Shown: positions 1-7,492, counted from the stretch's first letter. The stretch is 20,000 bases of DNA from an uncultured virus (IMG/VR IMGVR_UViG_3300031993_000050) (IMGVR_UViG_3300031993_000050); one strand, 5' to 3'. Numbers and translations: made by a program. Notes: generated from the sequence alone by a model not told the origin.

Positions 1-167
1 GCCAGAACCTTCTCCGGAGTCGTGTTACATGGCCCGTCGAAGGGAATGATATGCTTGTTGTGGCACCACTCGGAACAATTAAAATTACAACCTCGCGTAA
101 AAATAACCGCTGCGATCTTACCCGGGTAGTCTACAAACGAGCACTTCACAAAATCATATATTTTCAT
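1..167 (-). CDS. nrdG: Anaerobic ribonucleotide reductase activating enzyme (radical SAM), N-terminal part, runs off window
   Basis: Not in the ORF track. ATG at 167 overlaps the upstream TGA (ATGA). Manual translation MKIYDFVKCSFVDYPGKIAAVIFTRGCNFNCSEWCHNKHIIPFDGPCNTTPEKVL matches the NrdG signature DYPG..AAVIFTxGCNFxC..CHN. nrdD lies nearby. Confidence 0.9.
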   Translation of the reverse strand, partial: MKIYDFVKCSFVDYPGKIAAVIFTRGCNFNCSEWCHNKHIIPFDGPCNTTPEKVL

Positions 168-733
168 TCTGTACCACCTGCGGACTGTGTCCAGTCTGCC
201 ATTTGTTTCTGGATACGTTCCTTTACTTCTGTAAGTGACAGAATATGACGACCATCATCTTTATCACGAACATCCCAGCACATGTTAAAGTAACGAGGAT
301 CTTCGATTGAGTTACGATGATTGTGTCCGTGAATGTTGTAAGTATCTTTGAGATCACCTGAACGAGTTGTTACTTCTTCCAACAAATACGGATGCACCGG
401 AAAGTGTGTTAACAAATAACCGTCAATGTTAACACCACCGGTCACTTTAATATTTGAGAATTGACTGTAAAATTGAATTTTATTTGGTGTATCATGGTTT
501 CCTGTTACTAAAATGATCTTTCCTGTCAGACTGACAAGAACCTGTTTTATGCGATCAAGATCAGTACCAAGAGCGAAATCACCAAGATGGTAGACAGTGT
601 CTTCATAATTTACAATGGAATTCCATTCACGCACGAAAGAATCTGCCATCTCATCCAAATCTTTGAACGGACGATGCATGTACTTAATTACGTTCTCGTG
701 GAACAAATGTGAATCTGATGTAACGTATTTCAT
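164..733 (-). CDS. Calcineurin-like metallophosphoesterase
   Basis: Ordered motifs SDSH, HLGDF, GNHD, THFP, HGHNH. Confidence 0.92.
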   Translation of the reverse strand: MKYVTSDSHLFHENVIKYMHRPFKDLDEMADSFVREWNSIVNYEDTVYHLGDFALGTDLDRIKQVLVSLTGKIILVTGNHDTPNKIQFYSQFSNIKVTGGVNIDGYLLTHFPVHPYLLEEVTTRSGDLKDTYNIHGHNHRNSIEDPRYFNMCWDVRDKDDGRHILSLTEVKERIQKQMADWTQSAGGTE

Positions 734-1098
734 TCTTTTTTCTTACCCATGAATGGATTGGAGGCCGAGAAATCATATTCGGATTTTGGTCCTTCATATG
801 GTTCCGGCGTATCTACCAATGTTACATTGGCATCTACGAATTTACCTGTTTGCTTAAGCAATGTTTTAAGAGCCCCGTACGACGTACGCACCCAATAATT
901 CGTGGAATGGTCTTTACGTGAATAACAAATTTCCGTTATGACATTTCCATCTTTGAGATGGACTGGCCGGGCATAAACAATGCAATCTGTGTTGAATAAA
1001 AGAGGCTGTCCGTGCTCAGGTGCCGTAGCATCTACGCGGTCAGGCTCGTGTAACTCGTCGTCAAATTCGACTCCAACATCTTCAAGTTCTATAAACAT
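730..1098 (-). CDS. Hypothetical protein (MFIELEDVG...)
   Basis: Start moved from 1140 to ATG 1098, which has an AGGGAGAG SD. The longer start lies inside the promoter/terminator. Stop overlaps the next start (ATGA). Confidence 0.75.
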   Translation of the reverse strand: MFIELEDVGVEFDDELHEPDRVDATAPEHGQPLLFNTDCIVYARPVHLKDGNVITEICYSRKDHSTNYWVRTSYGALKTLLKQTGKFVDANVTLVDTPEPYEGPKSEYDFSASNPFMGKKKE

Positions 1099-1114
1099 AG
1101 CTCTCTCCCTAGGT

Positions 1115-1148
1115 AAAAAACCTCCCCTTAATTGTATCAAAGGGGAGG
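1115..1148 (-). terminator. Intrinsic terminator after the nrdD-groES-glycyl-radical-domain genes
   Basis: Minus strand CCTCCCCTT-tgatacaatt-AAGGGGAGG (9-bp stem) followed by TTTTTT. Confidence 0.75.
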
Positions 1149-1159
1149 CATGTTGTCAA
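1131..1159 (-). promoter_or_regulatory. Sigma70-type promoter embedded in the terminator hairpin
   Basis: Minus strand TTGACA (1159-1154), 17-bp spacer, TG-a-TACAAT (1136-1131). Confidence 0.8.
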
Positions 1160-1170
1160 CAACTTCTTAA

Positions 1171-1368
1171 CTATTTCCCGCAAGAGCAAGGTTTCATCAT
1201 TTTACGCATCGCAACTTCAGCTTTTTTACCTGGGTTGTACTGAGATGTTGGACGGATAAACCCTGTCACACGTGTGTATACTTCACATTTTTCGCCTTTG
1301 ATTGACGCTTTTTCCGCTTCCAGTGAAGCAATCTGGTTCTCTACTGCTTTTTTTTCTACTTCTGACAT
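1171..1368 (-). CDS. nrdD: Stand-alone glycyl-radical domain of class III RNR (small subunit of split NrdD), 65 aa
   Basis: MSEVEKKAVENQIASLEAEKASIKGEKCEVYTRVTGFIRPTSQYNPGKKAEVAMRKMMKPCSCGK. EVYTRVTGFIRP..YNPGKxAE..R is the NrdD C-terminal glycyl-radical motif. AGGAG SD overlaps the groES stop. Confidence 0.88.
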   Translation of the reverse strand: MSEVEKKAVENQIASLEAEKASIKGEKCEVYTRVTGFIRPTSQYNPGKKAEVAMRKMMKPCSCGK

Positions 1369-1381
1369 ACTTCTTTTTCTC

Positions 1382-1651
1382 CTATTTCGTTTTTTCAAAA
1401 CCAAGTAGGTCTTCGAATTGGACGATGATATACTTCTCTCCGTCATCACCTTCCACATTCGCACCGGTGTACCTTGGGTAGTATACTACGGTTCCCTCCG
1501 TGCAATTGCCGGGAACTGAGTTCCCAACTGCCACCACGAGTCCTTTCATGGGGCGTTCCACTTCTGTGTCTGGAATCTTAATGCCGAGGGATGTCTTTGC
1601 TTCATTCTCTATGGGTTTGATCAGAACCCTTTCACCATATGGTTGAATCAT
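1382..1651 (-). CDS. groES: Co-chaperonin GroES (Cpn10)
   Basis: IQPYGERVLIKP, mobile loop KTSLGIKIPD, GLVVAVG, YIIVQFEDLLG; 89 aa. Confidence 0.92.
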   Translation of the reverse strand: MIQPYGERVLIKPIENEAKTSLGIKIPDTEVERPMKGLVVAVGNSVPGNCTEGTVVYYPRYTGANVEGDDGEKYIIVQFEDLLGFEKTK

Positions 1652-3447
1652 AATACATCTCCTTTACTTTGCTGGATATCGAGCAACGCCTTAAGTCGTT
1701 CCTCTTCCAAATTTATTTTGTGTAGCTTTTCGGTTTTGCACTGTGGACAATAATGATGTTCACCAGACAAGTAGCCATGCACAGGGCAGACCGAGAAGGT
1801 AGGCGTGATTGAAATATATGGAATCTCGTAGTTAGAGAATACGGTCTTGATTAACTGCTTCATCGATTCGAGATCCGTTACACGCTCACCAAGATACAGG
1901 TGCTGCACAGAACCACCAGTGTACAATGCGTTGATTGCAGACTGGTTATCCATCATTTCAAAGATGTCGTCTGTGTAGTTGACCGGCAGTTGTGTTGAGT
2001 TTGTGTAGAACGGAGCTACACCTTCTTTCTCAACGGTTTCATTATCAGCCACAATGATGTCCGGGTATTTCTTCTTATCAATCTTTGCTAAACGATAAGA
2101 AGTTGCCTCGGCAGGAGCTTGCTCAATGTTATATTGATGGCCGGTTTCTTTCTGAAACTCAACTGCTTTGTTACGCAAGTAGTTCATCACTTTAATTGCA
2201 AAAGCACGTCCACGTTCATCACCGATTGAGTAACCAAACATGTTCATGCAGCACTCATTCATACCAACTGTTGCGATGGTAGAGAAGTGGTTTTTCCAGT
2301 ATTCCTGGAAACGTGCGAACGTCTTGCGTAAGTAAAATTTTAAGATTGGGTAGAAGTCTCCGCGTGTGCGAAGTTCTACATATTTACGACGGGTTTCCAA
2401 TGCTTCTTTAGCAAGAAGTAAAAGCTCATCAAGCTCTTTGAAGAAACCTGCTTCGTCGTTTTTGTGTAAATAACCTAAACGTGGGAAGTTAATTGTACAA
2501 ACAGAAACAGACCCGGTTAACGGGTTGGCCCCGAATAATCCACCCTTTCGTTTAAGTTCTGTTAAGTCAATTCTCAGACGGCAGCACATTGACATTGCAT
2601 CTGCTGGATCCATGTCAGAGGACACATAGTTGCAGAAATATGACTGACCGTACTTTGCTGTGTTATCCCACAGGGCCTTGTAACGTGGGTTGTTCCAGTC
2701 AAAGTTTTTTGTGACGTTAACAGTGGGGATCGGGAAAGAGAAAATACGACCGTCCGCGTCCCCTTCATTCATGATTTCAAAGAAACACTCATTGAATAAG
2801 TCCATCTCTTTTTGGAACTCTTTGTAGCATTTATCCATGCGTTTACCGCCGAGAAGTACAGGCTTTTCTGCCATGTGTTTCGGTACGGTAAAGTCGAGTG
2901 TACAGTTTGAAAACGGTGACTGATAACCGGTACGTGTAGGAACATTTAAGTTGAAAATAAATTCCTGCAATGCTTGTTTAACTTGTTTCTTTGTTAAGTT
3001 ATCGTAGAAAATAAAAGGAGCCATCAGGGTATCCAAGTTAGACACCGCAACGGCACCTGCTACCTCACCGGTTACGGAAAATAATAAATTGTTAAGCTGT
3101 GATAATGCAGCTGATAAATGGGAAGGTGGATTGGAACGGACCTTACCCGGACCGCCATAATATCCTACTTCAAGTAAATCTTCTAAGTCCAAACCCATGC
3201 AGTAACCAGACAAGGATCCGGAGTCATGTAAGTGAAATCTACCGTCGACGTGTGCTTGTTTTACTGCCGGTGAATAAATGTAATTCATCCAGTAGTACTT
3301 GGTGACTTCTTCTTTAATATAATTGTTAAGACCTTGTAATGAATACGCCATGTTTGCGTTTTCATTTACACGCCAATCGTCTTGTTTTACGTAGTCTTCT
3401 ACCAAATTTTTGGCAACAACTTCCATTGGATTTCTTTCTTCTGACAT
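1648..3447 (-). CDS. nrdD: Anaerobic (class III) ribonucleoside-triphosphate reductase, catalytic subunit lacking ATP-cone and glycyl-radical motif
   Basis: DWRVNENAN, HLHD..SGYC, FSFPIPT, finger loop SMCCRL, EQAPAEATSYR, YTGGSVQHLYLGE, Zn site CPVHGY..CPQC. ATG at 3447 has a GAGGT SD (track start is GTG 3453). Confidence 0.96.
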   Translation of the reverse strand: MSEERNPMEVVAKNLVEDYVKQDDWRVNENANMAYSLQGLNNYIKEEVTKYYWMNYIYSPAVKQAHVDGRFHLHDSGSLSGYCMGLDLEDLLEVGYYGGPGKVRSNPPSHLSAALSQLNNLLFSVTGEVAGAVAVSNLDTLMAPFIFYDNLTKKQVKQALQEFIFNLNVPTRTGYQSPFSNCTLDFTVPKHMAEKPVLLGGKRMDKCYKEFQKEMDLFNECFFEIMNEGDADGRIFSFPIPTVNVTKNFDWNNPRYKALWDNTAKYGQSYFCNYVSSDMDPADAMSMCCRLRIDLTELKRKGGLFGANPLTGSVSVCTINFPRLGYLHKNDEAGFFKELDELLLLAKEALETRRKYVELRTRGDFYPILKFYLRKTFARFQEYWKNHFSTIATVGMNECCMNMFGYSIGDERGRAFAIKVMNYLRNKAVEFQKETGHQYNIEQAPAEATSYRLAKIDKKKYPDIIVADNETVEKEGVAPFYTNSTQLPVNYTDDIFEMMDNQSAINALYTGGSVQHLYLGERVTDLESMKQLIKTVFSNYEIPYISITPTFSVCPVHGYLSGEHHYCPQCKTEKLHKINLEEERLKALLDIQQSKGDVL

Positions 3448-3455
3448 AACCACCT

Positions 3456-4013
3456 CTAGATTGAAATACCAATTTTAGCTGCTTTCGAGGCCACAATTAC
3501 TACCTTTTGGCCGAGGGCAATGGTCTTTTGTCCGATTGATGCCATCTTCGCTGTTTTAACTGTATTTGCTACTTCGGCATCTGCTTTTTGTGTTGCAATT
3601 TTATCAATTCCCAACACCTTTGTAATGTTTTGTAGAGCTGTAACCAACGCTGATGCAAGCTGACCTGGATCGGATGGTAACGACGTAGGAATAGCAGTTA
3701 ATGCTTGATAGGTTGCATCAATTTGTGCTTTTTGAGCAGTTGCATTTGTATCAACTTCGGTTGCACTTTCAGTTGCCTTTTCCGTTGTAGCTTTTATCTT
3801 ATCTTTGATTTGATTACACAAAACTTTGGCTTCGGCCATGGCCGCTTCTTTTGCTTTTCCAAGCGGATCATTCAATATATCAATCAAACCATCCAGCTTA
3901 TCCATCATGGTGTTTACTTCTTTTGTTGTTGTGTCTAAAGTCTCTTCTATACCGTCTAAGTTACTGTTTACCCACGTGGTCATGGGAAACTGATCCCCTT
4001 GCATCTCGGCCAT
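3456..4013 (-). CDS. Hypothetical Ala/Thr/Lys-rich helical (coiled-coil-like) protein
   Basis: 185-aa ORF with AGGA SD, immediately upstream of nrdD; no recognised motif. Confidence 0.8.
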   Translation of the reverse strand: MAEMQGDQFPMTTWVNSNLDGIEETLDTTTKEVNTMMDKLDGLIDILNDPLGKAKEAAMAEAKVLCNQIKDKIKATTEKATESATEVDTNATAQKAQIDATYQALTAIPTSLPSDPGQLASALVTALQNITKVLGIDKIATQKADAEVANTVKTAKMASIGQKTIALGQKVVIVASKAAKIGISI

Positions 4014-4022
4014 ACTTCACTC

Positions 4023-4451
4023 CTATAAATCTTCAAATGTTAAGTAACAACTGCAACTTGGCTTGTACGAAAGACGATCTTTACGATGGTCTTTGCACAA
4101 GTGGAAATAATAAATTCGTTTTATACCACCTGCACAGATAACAAACGGTACAACGTCGGCTTTTGCCTTGAAGTTTGATATGACGGCGTTCGGATGGGAC
4201 TTAATTGAACGATAAAGTTCCACTTCGTTTTTCGCCTTCTCAACGTACTCATGAAGGAGTACGGCTTCAAATGTTATCTGGTTGGTATTTTTCGGAATAA
4301 AGGAAAAACAAGTTGAATAAAACGTAATTACCGACTTACCATTTGGAAGAATTCTAAGAGATGTTCTGGGCTCCGTTTCGGCTTTATTAAATATGCCTGC
4401 GGCAATCATACCCAAATTGTGCAACTCTCTCAATTCTTCGTCGAACGTCAT
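4023..4451 (-). CDS. Hypothetical protein
   Basis: 142-aa ORF with AAGGG upstream, co-oriented with neighbours. Confidence 0.75.
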   Translation of the reverse strand: MTFDEELRELHNLGMIAAGIFNKAETEPRTSLRILPNGKSVITFYSTCFSFIPKNTNQITFEAVLLHEYVEKAKNEVELYRSIKSHPNAVISNFKAKADVVPFVICAGGIKRIYYFHLCKDHRKDRLSYKPSCSCYLTFEDL

Positions 4452-4467
4452 ACCCTTTTCTTCCGAT

Positions 4468-4504
4468 AAATTAAGGGGGCATAGGTGGTATGGAATACGC
4501 CCCC
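4468..4504 (-). terminator. Stem-loop, probable intrinsic terminator
   Basis: Minus strand GGGGGCGTA-N12-TATGCCCCC followed by TTAATTT. Confidence 0.5.
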
Positions 4505-4508
4505 ATAA

Positions 4509-4537
4509 ATAATACTTCTTTTACAAAGTAAAGTCAA
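4509..4537 (-). promoter_or_regulatory. Sigma70-type promoter, probably driving the nrdD operon
   Basis: Minus strand TTGACT (4537-4532), 17 bp, TATTAT (4514-4509). Confidence 0.7.
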
Positions 4538-4801
4538 CTAGAGGTTTGCCATCCCAAGTGGGCAGCCGGAACCATCCGACTCAGAAGGATAGCAAGGCTC
4601 TGCGTGGATCGCACAGATTTCATTATAAATTCTGTCGATTTCGTCTTCTGTTACAAAGTCAGCAAGGTCTAGTTCTTCCTTTTTTCCATGCAAATAGGTA
4701 ACGATTACTTTCGGTTTATCGTTACGGAAGTAAACAGACTGAATAATTCGTCCTTTGATGATATTGTTACCAATCTGGACGTAGAGGTTTACCATGCTCA
4801 T
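4538..4801 (-). CDS. Hypothetical protein (paralog of 4801-4986)
   Basis: 87-aa ORF coupled to the upstream gene by a TAATG overlap. Confidence 0.75.
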   Translation of the reverse strand: MSMVNLYVQIGNNIIKGRIIQSVYFRNDKPKVIVTYLHGKKEELDLADFVTEDEIDRIYNEICAIHAEPCYPSESDGSGCPLGMANL

Positions 4802-4986
4802 TAGCGGTCCTCCAGTTCGGCTTCGTAGCCTGAGATCTCTTGTTTTGAGGGGGGATAATCAAGCAGGAACTCCTCTTTACGACCACCAATATACACTACC
4901 GTAAATTTGTTGCCGTCGAAGAGGAAGTTGCGTACATAGCGTTTGTACACTATGACGTTCTGTACTTTCATATGTGTAGCTGCCAT
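4801..4986 (-). CDS. Hypothetical protein
   Basis: 61-aa ORF with TAATG coupling at both ends. Confidence 0.75.
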   Translation of the reverse strand: MAATHMKVQNVIVYKRYVRNFLFDGNKFTVVYIGGRKEEFLLDYPPSKQEISGYEAELEDR

Positions 4987-5147
4987 TATTTTTTACCCTT
5001 CTCAATAATCTGTACACTGTAGAGCTTGGATTCCTTTTCAGGTCCCAACTCTGCATCTAATTTGTTCATTTCAAGCAAAGTAACGAAGTTTTTAACGTCT
5101 TCGGGTTTCATACGTAACTCAGCTGAATAGATCTCTTTGTCTGCCAT
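4986..5147 (-). CDS. Small hypothetical protein, 53 aa
   Basis: Not in the track. MADKEIYSAELRMKPEDVKNFVTLLEMNKLDAELGPEKESKLYSVQIIEKGKK; AGGT SD; TAATG overlap with the next gene. Confidence 0.75.
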   Translation of the reverse strand: MADKEIYSAELRMKPEDVKNFVTLLEMNKLDAELGPEKESKLYSVQIIEKGKK

Positions 5148-5215
5148 ATGTTACCTATTCGAGGTCCCTATAGACCCCTCTATAAACAACCTAAGTGTTC
5201 AATCCAAAAACCCTA

Positions 5216-5244
5216 TTGACAAGCCCTTAAATCTGTTATATAAT
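5216..5244 (+). promoter_or_regulatory. Perfect-consensus sigma70 promoter
   Basis: TTGACA (5216-5221), 17 bp, TATAAT (5239-5244), followed by a GGAGGAG SD. Confidence 0.9.
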
Positions 5245-5264
5245 AGGTGGGAGGAGACCTAAAT

Positions 5265-5651
5265 ATGTACGAATTTTACGAAGAAAACATGAAATATCGT
5301 TGCATTGCAACGGAAGATCGCAAACACTTCATTTTGGTTAACCATACCAAAGAGGAAATGGAGGAGTTTGCCAAGGAACATGGGTTCCAACTGGCCGAAA
5401 ACCCCGAAGAAAAGCTATACGTAGTCCACGAAAGCACCGACCCTACCTTATTTATGCTAGCCGTATCATCGCTCACCAGACGCCTGGCTCCGTTGGAACC
5501 CAGTGGTAAGATGTTCCCATGGTTTTACCACACAAAAGACCGTAAACTCATTGCAAAAGGCGTTTACGTAGGTACCGGAGAGGACATTCCTTTCGTAGAA
5601 GTACCCGAAGGGGTTGAGATCCGTCAGTTACAAATGCCAAATGCCCAGTAG
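5265..5651 (+). CDS. Hypothetical protein (MYEFYEENMKY...)
   Basis: ATG at 5265 after a GGAGGAG SD, downstream of the consensus promoter. Confidence 0.8.
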   Translation: MYEFYEENMKYRCIATEDRKHFILVNHTKEEMEEFAKEHGFQLAENPEEKLYVVHESTDPTLFMLAVSSLTRRLAPLEPSGKMFPWFYHTKDRKLIAKGVYVGTGEDIPFVEVPEGVEIRQLQMPNAQ

Positions 5652-6174
5652 CCTAAGCACACCGGAAATGAAGTACTATGTACTATCCTACTACCGTTTT
5701 CAACGGCAATATCCCATTGCTGCCACGGAAGTAGGCGTATTTGGTGGCTTCATTGCCGATGTTTTGGCATCCGACCTGGAAAACGAATTCGTTGAAGTAG
5801 AAATAAAGATTTCGGAGTCCGATATGCTCAGTGATTTCCAACACAAGTCACTGAAGCACACAGCATATTTGGACTCCGTCTTACATAAAGAGGGTTCACT
5901 AACCACCAAAGAACGCAAACTTATGCCCAATAAGTTCCTATATGCCGTACCTCGGGAAATGCGTAAATTTGCAAAGGAAATGGTTACCGGAACACCGTAT
6001 GGACTGATTGTTGTAGACACCGAAGATATGAGCCTGTCCAACAACTCTTTTGTAAAGGTTGTAAAGCATTCCGACATCATCAATCGGGTTTACCCCAAAG
6101 AGCTCGAAAGACGTGCGATGATGCGAATGTCTTCTGAGATTATCAACTTGTACGAATCACAGCTTGATATTTAA
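5641..6174 (+). CDS. MmcB-like PD-(D/E)XK nuclease-fold protein
   Basis: TEV..IADV..EVEIKISxSD..D..K..Y..PNKFLYAVP..YGLIVV. Start at ATG 5641 or 5668 is uncertain. Confidence 0.72.
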   Translation: MPSSLSTPEMKYYVLSYYRFQRQYPIAATEVGVFGGFIADVLASDLENEFVEVEIKISESDMLSDFQHKSLKHTAYLDSVLHKEGSLTTKERKLMPNKFLYAVPREMRKFAKEMVTGTPYGLIVVDTEDMSLSNNSFVKVVKHSDIINRVYPKELERRAMMRMSSEIINLYESQLDI

Positions 6175-6536
6175 GCGATATGTAATCCGTCTCCCCGAAA
6201 CTTGGTAATCCAAGGACACAGCTTATAAACTGTGTCCTTTATTTTTTCGGTTTGAATGGAATTAAAGGTACAGAGTACGGTCTTGGTAGGAGCATATTCT
6301 CCGTGCTGTCCGTAACAGGCAATGACATGACATACATTCTTTACAAATTGGAACTGAAGCACCATCCGGTTGTTATAGGGTGAAGCGAAGTTGAGGGACT
6401 GCAAATTATCACCATCACCGACGTACGTGGTGAAGAACTCGAACCGAAGCCGGCGATGTGGGAACAGTTCGGCCGGCATCACGAGGTCATGATTCTTCAT
6501 CGTATATCGAAAGACATCTGCAATGGTAAGCTGCAT
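6171..6536 (-). CDS. Hypothetical protein
   Basis: 121-aa ORF with AGGAGA SD; stop overlaps the convergent nuclease stop (TTAA). Confidence 0.75.
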   Translation of the reverse strand: MQLTIADVFRYTMKNHDLVMPAELFPHRRLRFEFFTTYVGDGDNLQSLNFASPYNNRMVLQFQFVKNVCHVIACYGQHGEYAPTKTVLCTFNSIQTEKIKDTVYKLCPWITKFRGDGLHIA

Positions 6537-6545
6537 AATTCTCTC

Positions 6546-7463
6546 CTAAATATAAACGATTCTTTCTACAGGCATTTCCTCTACGATGTGTGCACGATCA
6601 TTTATATATTTATGAAAATATCGAAGCAATTTCTCTACGGTATCGAGTTCATAAGGCCGTTCCGAATCAAAGTCCCTTGGTACGACTACGGAATCGAAAT
6701 AGAGACGATTGGTACGGAAATCGAGTGCGATGAGTGTAATTGTTCCACTTCTGTAGGTATAACCCACAACATACAAATCCGCAATGGGCATTATGATCTT
6801 TTCCGATGTTGTTATTTTGTTGGTCGCATCGTCCAATGACGGGACGATACCACAATCGAAAAGGTATGACATTCGTACGAGGGGCTTATCGAACAAAGCG
6901 TAGTTACCACCGTCGTTACCGTCGATTGCAAGGATATCCTTGAATATAGTAAAGACACAGTACGTACCGAGTGAATGGGTAAATGCGTCTTTGAACTTCC
7001 AGTACTTCGTTATATCCGACATTTTCTTTAACACCTGTTCCAAAGAACGTGTGTTGGTACTGATCGAATAGGATGTAGCGAAGGTTGGCGTATTTGCTAT
7101 TCCGATGGTTCCGGGGGTGGTTGTTATATAATGCTCTGCGTTATATCCATGACCGGTATTCATAAAGTCTGGGTGATACACCAAGTCCCCGTCGGCATTC
7201 ACGGAAATGGTCATACCACCGGTGACACTTGTATTCGTTCCACCCGACTCCCGGGTATACTTTTTTATGACATGAACATACGGGGCATCGAGCATATCCT
7301 GCTCGGTCAATTTATAGACCATCCCTTTGATATGTTCTGACCTAAGAAGGGCTGTGTTCATGTCGTTTACCGTAACTCCCCAGCCCTGATTATCATCGGT
7401 ACTTATATACAAATTATTATGCATTTCCGCCTCCAACATTGCCAATTCCTTCATCCTACCCAT
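6546..7463 (-). CDS. Hypothetical protein, 305 aa
   Basis: Long ORF; true start may be ATG 7454 given the promoter position. Confidence 0.8.
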   Translation of the reverse strand: MGRMKELAMLEAEMHNNLYISTDDNQGWGVTVNDMNTALLRSEHIKGMVYKLTEQDMLDAPYVHVIKKYTRESGGTNTSVTGGMTISVNADGDLVYHPDFMNTGHGYNAEHYITTTPGTIGIANTPTFATSYSISTNTRSLEQVLKKMSDITKYWKFKDAFTHSLGTYCVFTIFKDILAIDGNDGGNYALFDKPLVRMSYLFDCGIVPSLDDATNKITTSEKIIMPIADLYVVGYTYRSGTITLIALDFRTNRLYFDSVVVPRDFDSERPYELDTVEKLLRYFHKYINDRAHIVEEMPVERIVYI

Positions 7464-7464
7464 A

Positions 7465-7492
7465 AGTATAACCTTTTTTTACACTTTGTCAA
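7465..7492 (-). promoter_or_regulatory. Sigma70-type promoter
   Basis: Minus strand TTGACA (7492-7487), 16 bp, TATACT (7470-7465). Confidence 0.65.

Noticed and set aside
1171..1464. 97-aa version of the small NrdD ORF
   Set aside because: The extension overlaps groES by 83 nt; ATG 1368 has a proper SD.
1369..1651. Intron, intein or frameshift joining the two nrdD parts
   Set aside because: The interval is fully occupied by an intact groES plus 13 nt, leaving no room for a ribozyme core. Both parts have their own SD, start and stop.
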